Source: a virus (Duplodnaviria > Caudoviricetes). From it: DNA of 64,000 bases. This document shows, one piece after another, positions 57,615-64,000 of this stretch; position 1 is the stretch's first letter, and each line of letters starts with the position of its first letter. The stretch is taken from the IMG/VR virus record IMGVR_UViG_3300005614_001084, positions 64,001 through 128,000 of that record; one strand, 5' to 3'. A program made the position numbers and the translations under genes. The notes below the pieces were generated by a model, which saw only the letters and a program-made list of their open reading frames with translations, did not search any database and was not told the origin of the DNA.

Positions 57615-58652
57615 TCACCAGTTGACGGTGTAGGCCAGGACGCCGGTAGAGGAGTAGCACCGCAGGGTGCTGCCGCTGATGCAGAGACCACGGGCGGTCC
57701 AGTCGGTAGCGCTGCCGATCGGCCACGCCACAGCGTGATCGTGGAAGGCGCCATCGTCCGGAATCACGACATCACCAGGGCTTGGGCCCACGGTGGCGTC
57801 GCCGCAGTAGGTGCCCGACGAGTTGTGCGAACAGCTCATCGAGAAGCCGAGGATGTAGTGATCGCCAACCGGGCGTTCGAGCCCGAAGGCGCCGCCGGTG
57901 TCGTGGACGCAGGAGGCGCGGTGGCCATCGCTGTGGCAGGTTGCCGGAGGATTGAGATCGTAGGCTTCATCACCTACGGCACCGGCCCCGGTTTCACGCG
58001 GGAAGGTAGCGCTCACGGCGATCGGCTGCGTGAGGCCAGCGCCCCAGCGGGTGACCGAGCCGCCGTCAGTCCAGCACACCATCTCGCCCGCCGCACTGAG
58101 CCCACAACCCCGATCGAGGTCGCTGTACTCCGCGATGCTGTCGAGTATCAGCGTGCTGCTGCCATCGATCACCGCCACCATAGACGGCGTGTGGAACTCC
58201 GCGCACCACACCTCGTGGCCCCGGAGCGCGCAGGAGCCCGAGGCCGAGGCGAAGCCCGTCCCGAGCCGGCGGACGTCCTGGACCGGCGCCCAGCGCCCCC
58301 AGCACCACATCGTGCCGGCGCGGTCTAGCGCGCAGCGGCTGCCCGTGACGTCGACCGCTTCGCCTTCGGGGCGCGGCGGGCCGGCGTCGGCTTGGGCGTC
58401 CCGCCCTCCATCAGCTCCAACGTCACCAACGCTCGATCCAGCGTCCGCTGCGTCGGGTGGTAGTCCTGCATCAGCGCCGGGGTCTCCAGCGTCGGTGCCG
58501 GCGTCTTCTTGTGGCGCTTGCCACGCGTCTGCTTGGACTTGGCCATCACTCTCCATCCAGGCGTCGCCCATGACGCCTGCATCGGTCTGCGGTTGAAGAT
58601 TCATCTGCTCGGAACACCCGAGCAGGAGTAACGCGATCGTGAGTTGCTTCAT
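57615..58652 (-). CDS. myxobacterial-type lipoprotein with DAG linker and RCC1-like Cys repeats
   Basis: Lipobox LLLGC, repeated DAG motifs, CALDRAGTMWCWG and CGLSAAGEMVCW repeats; CTATAAG at 58671. Confidence 0.7.
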   Translation of the reverse strand: MKQLTIALLLLGCSEQMNLQPQTDAGVMGDAWMESDGQVQADAWQAPQEDAGTDAGDPGADAGLPPDAADAGSSVGDVGADGGRDAQADAGPPRPEGEAVDVTGSRCALDRAGTMWCWGRWAPVQDVRRLGTGFASASGSCALRGHEVWCAEFHTPSMVAVIDGSSTLILDSIAEYSDLDRGCGLSAAGEMVCWTDGGSVTRWGAGLTQPIAVSATFPRETGAGAVGDEAYDLNPPATCHSDGHRASCVHDTGGAFGLERPVGDHYILGFSMSCSHNSSGTYCGDATVGPSPGDVVIPDDGAFHDHAVAWPIGSATDWTARGLCISGSTLRCYSSTGVLAYTVNW

Positions 58653-58698
58653 GGGTTCCTCCTTCGATCGCTTATAGCCGGAATCCGGCCCTTCTTGA

Positions 58699-58869
58699 CT
58701 ACCGCAGCAGATCAACGCGATCAATGATCACGATGTCGGTGTGCGGCCTGTGAGAAATGGTGCGGCCGACGGGCGGCAGTTGCTGCGTGGTCCAGACGAC
58801 CACGCGATACTTCTTCGCCAGCTCCTTGAGATCAGAGGCGAGTGACTTCATCTCCGCGTAGTCTCTCAC
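58699..58869 (-). CDS. short protein resembling a DnaB helicase C-terminal fragment
   Basis: LKELAKKYRVVVWTTQQL and DIVIIDRVDLL. Confidence 0.45.
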   Translation of the reverse strand: MRDYAEMKSLASDLKELAKKYRVVVWTTQQLPPVGRTISHRPHTDIVIIDRVDLLR

Positions 58870-59384
58870 GCCAGCACCTGAAGCGCTTCCTGAAGCGTAA
58901 CACCCTTCGGTAGCGGGTCTGTGATCTTGCGCCGACACTTCTCGATGGCCCTCCGACGCTTGCGGCTGTCGATGACCTCCGTCTTCGAGGTCTCGGCACG
59001 GTAGGCGAAGAGCAGCATGATGAGCTTCTGGCCCACCTTGTTGATCTTCTCCACCACGGCCTCACGGCGACTCTGCGTCACTCCGATGTAGCCCGGGCTC
59101 ACGACGAAGTCGGTGAGATCGGTACGCACGAACTCCATGAAGTCGGCCGGGACCGAGTTCTTCGGCGGCTTCGGGTTGCTGCTCTTCGGATGCTTCTTCT
59201 CGAAGAACTCCGTCATCGCTGCGGCAAGCCGGATCTCCATCGAGGCGTAATCGATATCGACGTTGTGGTCCCGCTCGGCGGCACGAAAGATCTCCTGAAC
59301 TGCCCGACCCTCCTCCGTACGAAGAGGGAGGCGCTGAAGTGCCGGCCCGTCGACCACAACGAGCCCGGAAGGACTTTCACTCAT
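58866..59384 (-). CDS. hypothetical protein with isolated PolA motif-A-like segment
   Basis: DIDYASMEIRLAA. Confidence 0.5.
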   Translation of the reverse strand: MSESPSGLVVVDGPALQRLPLRTEEGRAVQEIFRAAERDHNVDIDYASMEIRLAAAMTEFFEKKHPKSSNPKPPKNSVPADFMEFVRTDLTDFVVSPGYIGVTQSRREAVVEKINKVGQKLIMLLFAYRAETSKTEVIDSRKRRRAIEKCRRKITDPLPKGVTLQEALQVLA

Positions 59385-59842
59385 GTCTCGTCTCCTGGAA
59401 TCCACGACGTAGCTCCGCTTCTTCGTACCACCAGCACCGGTAGCTGGAGCATCTTCACCACCGGCGCAAGCCGAGGATCTGCCTCGGTCCAGGGTCGCTC
59501 GATCTTCTCTTCTTCTGTAGGCTCGGGAGGGAAGGCCACCACCAACGAGACGCCCTCCAACATCTCGGCGTCCCGTAGCGCGCGACCCTGCTCGTCGTTG
59601 CCCTCTGCCGGATAGACCACGCACGCCAGTCCGATCAGCTTAGCCACCTCGGACATTACGAAGTCGAAGCCTCGCGGATCCGAATGTACCGGCATGAACA
59701 TCGCGGTGTCCCGCATGATCTCCATGACGACGCAGGCAGTGTCCCAGTCCGAGAACCAGGTGCGGCTCACTGATCCGATGAACGCAACCCTTACGGGCCC
59801 GCTCTTCGCCTGCGTCGCCAGGTAAAGCAGCGCCTCCTTCAT
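59381..59842 (-). CDS. divergent SLOG-like protein
   Basis: RVAFIGS...RGFD...RDAEML...VVAFP. Confidence 0.4.
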   Translation of the reverse strand: MKEALLYLATQAKSGPVRVAFIGSVSRTWFSDWDTACVVMEIMRDTAMFMPVHSDPRGFDFVMSEVAKLIGLACVVYPAEGNDEQGRALRDAEMLEGVSLVVAFPPEPTEEEKIERPWTEADPRLAPVVKMLQLPVLVVRRSGATSWIPGDET

Positions 59843-59843
59843 C

Positions 59844-60248
59844 TCACGCCGCGTGATGAAGGTACTGGTCGATCACGTTGTACAGCACGCCGAGGTCGGC
59901 GCCGTCGCCGTCCAACGCCTTGCCGATGGCGACCTTGGTACGCTGAAGCAGCTCGCGCGGGTCGTTCGGGTCGTGAATGCCGATCTCGTCGGCATCGATG
60001 CGCCGACGCTGCTCCACGATCCAGTCCTTCAGGAAGGAGTGGTCGGTCTTCTTGTAGATCAGGCGCGCGTGAGCCGACTTACGCCAGCTCTGATACTCCT
60101 TGCTGGTGAGAAGCCGGTTCAGGCCCCGATCGAAGTGGGTCTTCTCAGCGAGCTGGCGTTCGATGTTCCAGATGTCCTTCTCCAGCTCACGCTTCCAGCG
60201 CAGAGCTTGAGACAGGCTCGGGGGACTTCGGTAGTTCGGGTCGTTCAC
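59844..60248 (-). CDS. hypothetical protein
   Basis: GAGGAG RBS. Confidence 0.55.
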   Translation of the reverse strand: MNDPNYRSPPSLSQALRWKRELEKDIWNIERQLAEKTHFDRGLNRLLTSKEYQSWRKSAHARLIYKKTDHSFLKDWIVEQRRRIDADEIGIHDPNDPRELLQRTKVAIGKALDGDGADLGVLYNVIDQYLHHAA

Positions 60249-60260
60249 GATTCTCTCCTC

Positions 60261-60614
60261 TCACACACGATAGACGAATACGAGCAGTCCGTGTGCACGA
60301 GCTTGCTCGATCATGTTTCTGGTTCCTCCGCTATCACCGTCCCACACCGCGATGAGGGCCTCAGCGTAGCGCGCCATGCGGCCGTTGCGCTTGTGGCCTG
60401 CGCCGTACGGATCCTTCTTCCACTCGTAGTCGGGCACGCTGAAGTCCGGACCGAGCCGGACCTTGTTGAGCAGCGCCCACTCCTCGCCCAACGAATCGAC
60501 ACCGCGGGCACCTCCGCTCACCACCTCAGTGATGTGGTAGCCAGAGGCTGCGATCGCTGCTTCTACGTGAGCCATGTCCTTAATGTCGCGGCTACCCGCG
60601 ATGATGACTCTCAC
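60261..60614 (-). CDS. SLOG family protein (YspA/DUF2493-like)
   Basis: IIAGSR, VSGGARGVD, AGHKRNGRM and WDGDSGGT motifs. Confidence 0.8.
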   Translation of the reverse strand: MRVIIAGSRDIKDMAHVEAAIAASGYHITEVVSGGARGVDSLGEEWALLNKVRLGPDFSVPDYEWKKDPYGAGHKRNGRMARYAEALIAVWDGDSGGTRNMIEQARAHGLLVFVYRV

Positions 60615-60727
60615 AGAAAGCGATCCTCGTCCGGGTTGTAGGGACGGCTCGGGTCCCAGTTCCACACGATGTAAACCCCGACCCCGACGATGATCACGAA
60701 AAGCACGATCTTATCCATGTGCCCTCC

Positions 60728-61945
60728 CTACTTGAGCTGAAGCCGATCTGCCAGAGTAGTCATCCTCCGGCGCGGCTCGTCGTTACTGAGCGCCGCGCTC
60801 AGCCCTTCATTGTTGCCCACGATCACGACACCCTTCTTCGCTCGGGTGACCGCGGTGTACAGAAGCTGCTGGCTCCACATGTAGTCGTGCATGCCGTGGC
60901 ACACCACGACCACCCAGTCCCACTCCGAGCCCTGCGCCTTGTGCACCGTGAGCGCATAGGCGAGGCGGAGGGTCTTCGCCGACTCTCGATCGTACTCCAC
61001 GTGACGACCGTCGAAGTCGATGCTGAGACGCCCACGCTCGTTGTCGACGTCGGTGACTACCCCGATCTCGCCGTTGAAGACGAAACGGTCGTAGTCGTTC
61101 TCCGTCGCCAGGACGCGGTCTTTCGCCCGAAGCTGATACGTCGTGCCGTTGCCCGTACGAACGCGCCACTGCGCGTCGTGCCTACCATCTATGGGATTGA
61201 TCTTGGACTGAAGGTAGTTGTTGAGCGTCTCGATACCGAGGCTGCCGCCGTTCTGCGGCGCAAGCACCTGGATGTTCGTCACGCCGGCAGCCGGCATCTT
61301 CTCGGTCACCAGCTTCACCACGTTGTTCGCAAGAACCTCGGCATCATCGATCTGGTAGTACCTGAAGTCCTCCGCCGGCGTGTGAATATCGAGATCGCCG
61401 TTCAGAATGTAGGGTGCGTTGCGGCACACCCAAGACTTCAGCGCCGAGCGATGCACGGTCTTGAGCCGGATGGTGGGCAGGCGGTCGCTGTTGAGCAGAT
61501 CGTAGAACACCTGTCCCGGTCCCACGCTGGGGAGCTGGTCCGCATCTCCGATGAAGAAGACGCGCGTTCGCATCACGTTCACTGCGGCAAGCAGGGACTC
61601 ACACGTCTCCGCATCCAGCATCGAGGCTTCATCGCACACCACGATCTCGTGGCTCAAGGGGTTCGTTTCGTTGAAGTCGAACTGCCACACGCCGCCTCGC
61701 GGCTTGCCGCCGAGGAGGCGGTGCACGGTGAACGCCTCGTGCTCCGTGACTTCAGCGATCCGCTTCGCCGCCTTCCCCGTTGGTGCGCACAGGGCCACCC
61801 TCCAGCGACTCTGCACTCGATCCAGGAAGCTCCCAAGGATCGTCGACTTCCCGGTGCCCGGTCCTCCGGTCACTGCTCCGACCCGCTTGGTCAGCATCAT
61901 CTGCACTGCCAGCTCCTGATCGGGATCCAGGATGAGGTTCGACAT
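60728..61945 (-). CDS. recD2: RecD2-like SF1B helicase, motor half
   Basis: GGPGTGKS, DEASM, GDADQLPSVG, YALTVHKAQGSE and LYTAVTRA motifs. Confidence 0.9.
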   Translation of the reverse strand: MSNLILDPDQELAVQMMLTKRVGAVTGGPGTGKSTILGSFLDRVQSRWRVALCAPTGKAAKRIAEVTEHEAFTVHRLLGGKPRGGVWQFDFNETNPLSHEIVVCDEASMLDAETCESLLAAVNVMRTRVFFIGDADQLPSVGPGQVFYDLLNSDRLPTIRLKTVHRSALKSWVCRNAPYILNGDLDIHTPAEDFRYYQIDDAEVLANNVVKLVTEKMPAAGVTNIQVLAPQNGGSLGIETLNNYLQSKINPIDGRHDAQWRVRTGNGTTYQLRAKDRVLATENDYDRFVFNGEIGVVTDVDNERGRLSIDFDGRHVEYDRESAKTLRLAYALTVHKAQGSEWDWVVVVCHGMHDYMWSQQLLYTAVTRAKKGVVIVGNNEGLSAALSNDEPRRRMTTLADRLQLK

Positions 61946-62843
61946 CGATGTTCTCCAGTAGCTTGGTGATCTTGACCGCGATTCCACGCTCGGCTTCAGC
62001 ATACCGCGGCAGCATGATGAGCCCGAACCCAGCGATCACATGCTCGTCCCGAAGCGCCATCATGAGCCCGTCCCTGATATAGCGCGCGTTGACGCCCGCC
62101 AGCGCCGCCGCGTTCTCCTCGATCCAGTCCTCGTCCGCTCCGATGTGACCGTCAGAGCTGGCCTCCTTCAGAACCTGGAGGATGGCAGAGACGAGGCGCG
62201 AAGGAGCGGTGCGCGACGCGTTCGCCTTCGAAGCGAGGTAATCGTTCCGGGCGAAGCTGATTCCGCCGATCTCCATGTAGAGTGCGAACGGGTCCCGCTT
62301 CAGCTTCTCCGCCGACAACTCTGCCTTGGCCGCAGAATGCGCCTCTCGATGCGTCAGACCGATCTCGTAGTACGGGACGTACAGCTCCCGGTCCTTCTTG
62401 TGCTCGGTCCACGCTCGGATGATGGCGTCGACACGGTCGGGCGTAATGCCATCGATCTCCAGCAGATCGTGCGGCGTCTTCTCGATGACTTCCCAGAGCC
62501 GATCACCCCAACGTTGCGCGATGATGTCGGCACGCTTGGGACCTATCTGAGGGATACGGTCGATGATCCACTGCCGAACACCCTTCATATCAGAGGGATC
62601 GTCCATGACGATCGTCTCGACCTTGAGCTGGCGCCCGTGTTTCTCCGACTGGACGTACTGGCCCACGATGCTGACGTGCATCCCCATGCGGAAGCCTTCG
62701 AGCTGGCCCACGATCTTCAGGCGCTTGCCATCCGAAGGACGCAACTCGCCGAACCCCCAGCCATCGTTCCAGAACTTCGCAGAGATGGATACGATCTCGC
62801 CCTTGAGCGTGACCTGCTCGTCTTTCTTCTCCTCGTCCATCAC
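61752..62843 (-). CDS. RecD2-like helicase, N-terminal OB/HhH half
   Basis: KHGRQLKV, IPQIGPKRA, DPFALY...GISF and AERGIA match the RecD2 N-terminus; the final ~60 aa overlap the helicase ORF out of frame. Confidence 0.8.
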   Translation of the reverse strand: MMDEEKKDEQVTLKGEIVSISAKFWNDGWGFGELRPSDGKRLKIVGQLEGFRMGMHVSIVGQYVQSEKHGRQLKVETIVMDDPSDMKGVRQWIIDRIPQIGPKRADIIAQRWGDRLWEVIEKTPHDLLEIDGITPDRVDAIIRAWTEHKKDRELYVPYYEIGLTHREAHSAAKAELSAEKLKRDPFALYMEIGGISFARNDYLASKANASRTAPSRLVSAILQVLKEASSDGHIGADEDWIEENAAALAGVNARYIRDGLMMALRDEHVIAGFGLIMLPRYAEAERGIAVKITKLLENIDVEPHPGSRSGAGSADDADQAGRSSDRRTGHREVDDPWELPGSSAESLEGGPVRTNGEGGEADR

Positions 62844-63160
62844 TCCTCCAGCAGCCTCCGTAGTGCCGGAGGTAGCTCGAATACCACCGCCCCCTCGGGC
62901 GGGTCGAGCACGAAGGGCAGATACGACTCTGCCCGAAAGATCAACCAGAGCAGCCCGTTGCGTCGGTCGTCATACGCCAGGATGTCCTGGTAGTCGACCT
63001 CGATCGCTCCGCCGTCCGGGAACACGAACCAGATCTGTGTGGTGTCTCCGATGATGTAGTACCCGAGCCAGCCCCGGCCCCAGTTGTGACTGAAGACAGG
63101 GCTGGCTTCGAGGTGCGAATAGCGCTTAGGCAGATCGCTTGCGACGCGTCCTCTCAGCAT
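62840..63160 (-). CDS. hypothetical protein
   Basis: CTATCAG box at 63174-63180 and AAGGAG. Confidence 0.55.
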   Translation of the reverse strand: MLRGRVASDLPKRYSHLEASPVFSHNWGRGWLGYYIIGDTTQIWFVFPDGGAIEVDYQDILAYDDRRNGLLWLIFRAESYLPFVLDPPEGAVVFELPPALRRLLEE

Positions 63161-63509
63161 GTTTCTCCTTCTGCTGATAGAGGATCTCGCCCTGTTTCAC
63201 GTAGTACTCCGAGGCGCCCGGGCACTGCCGGTGGTGCTCGACGTCGCGCTCCTCCGTCCCTGCGCCGTACACGCTGGCGTGGCAGGCGAAGTCGCCTCCC
63301 ATCATGTCGCGCTCCCGCTTCACCTCGTCGCGCGCCCACTGGATCTCTTCGTCCGTGACGGGACGTGGGTCGTGGTTCTTCTGTCGCAGCTTGGTGAGGA
63401 TGGTGCCGAACTGCTTGTTGTTGTCGGTGCCGAAGGGGCAGCCCGCGCACGCTCCGCCTTCTCTCGGCGGCAGGCGCGGTCTCCAGAGCTTACGGTGATT
63501 GTTCATCAC
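63126..63509 (-). CDS. Cys/His metal-binding protein (CxxCPF...FACH...C)
   Basis: CAGCPF, FACH and CPGA. Confidence 0.55.
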   Translation of the reverse strand: MMNNHRKLWRPRLPPREGGACAGCPFGTDNNKQFGTILTKLRQKNHDPRPVTDEEIQWARDEVKRERDMMGGDFACHASVYGAGTEERDVEHHRQCPGASEYYVKQGEILYQQKEKHAERTRRKRSA

Positions 63510-64000
63510 CCACCCTGATCCTGGCCAGAACCTCCTCGATGGTGAAGCAGATCAGCCCGGGGTCGCCGCCCACGAGGTACATCAGCTCGGGCTCGAACTC
63601 CCATTGCGGCGTGAGGAAGCCCGTACCCTTGCACGTAGTGCACACCAAGTGATTGTACTGCCCCTGCTTACCCTCGCCCCCGCAGTCCCAGCAGTATTGG
63701 TTCACCGGCGGCATGTAGACGACGAGCTTGCGTCCAGATCCTGCCATCCAGCCGGCTTCGATGTGCGCGCTACGTCCGCACGGCAGCACGAGCACGCAGG
63801 TGTCCGCCCACTTCATCGCCCCAAAGTCTGCGGCGAAGCTACGCTGCGAGATCTCGTGCTTCAGCATGTCTCGATACATCACCAATGCGTTGGGATGCAT
63901 GATCTTGAACTCCGGGTTCGCGTCGAGCCAGCGGAAGCCCGTCGGGCTCACGCCGTCGGGCGGAATCGGACCACCAGACAACGGATTCCTGAAGTCGTAG
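63490..64000 (-). CDS. nucleoside 2-deoxyribosyltransferase-like protein with DnaJ-type zinc-finger insert (5'-truncated)
   Basis: YDFRNP...DFGAMKWADTCVLVLPCGRSAHIEAG; CWDCGGEG...CTTCKGTG insert. Confidence 0.65.
   Translation of the reverse strand, partial: YDFRNPLSGGPIPPDGVSPTGFRWLDANPEFKIMHPNALVMYRDMLKHEISQRSFAADFGAMKWADTCVLVLPCGRSAHIEAGWMAGSGRKLVVYMPPVNQYCWDCGGEGKQGQYNHLVCTTCKGTGFLTPQWEFEPELMYLVGGDPGLICFTIEEVLARIRVGDEQSP

Noticed and set aside
58699-59384. Annotating functional DnaB helicase or DNA polymerase I genes
   Set aside because: Only short isolated motifs are present, and the ORFs are far too small.
1-64000. tRNA/rRNA genes, integrase or IS transposase
   Set aside because: I recognised no cloverleaf/T-loop signature, rRNA or recombinase motif by eye; a tRNAscan run would be needed to be certain.

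Overview
This window is a gene-dense, high-GC segment of what looks like a large (jumbo-type) dsDNA tailed phage. Most genes are on the minus strand, apart from two plus-strand genes at 3-933 and a plus-strand island at 4.7-9.5 kb. It encodes a tape-measure-like protein, tail fibre and other virion proteins, a holin-like protein, a -1 frameshifted tail-chaperone-like pair, dNMP kinase, GroES, ATP-dependent DNA ligase, RNase HII, a DEDD exonuclease, a split RecD2 helicase, and HD, MazG, SLOG and NDT nucleotide enzymes. A DAG-repeat lipoprotein suggests a myxobacterial host (inference). The main finding is a stand-alone winged-helix/Cas7-like (RAMP) gene at 43669-44775. It is followed by 16 copies of a ~25-30 nt repeat whose copies co-vary as an H-type RNA pseudoknot. 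Each repeat is followed by a unique ~50-140 nt spacer. The repeats form five mini-arrays in 3' UTRs between 35.8 and 43.6 kb, each closed by an intrinsic terminator. No cas1/2/3/5/6/8/10 gene is recognisable in the window, so this is a candidate non-canonical RNA-guided system. A second finding is that the 1188-aa tape-measure-like protein and the exported domains of three secreted or membrane proteins contain no lysine. All calls come from reading the sequence by eye; no searches were run.
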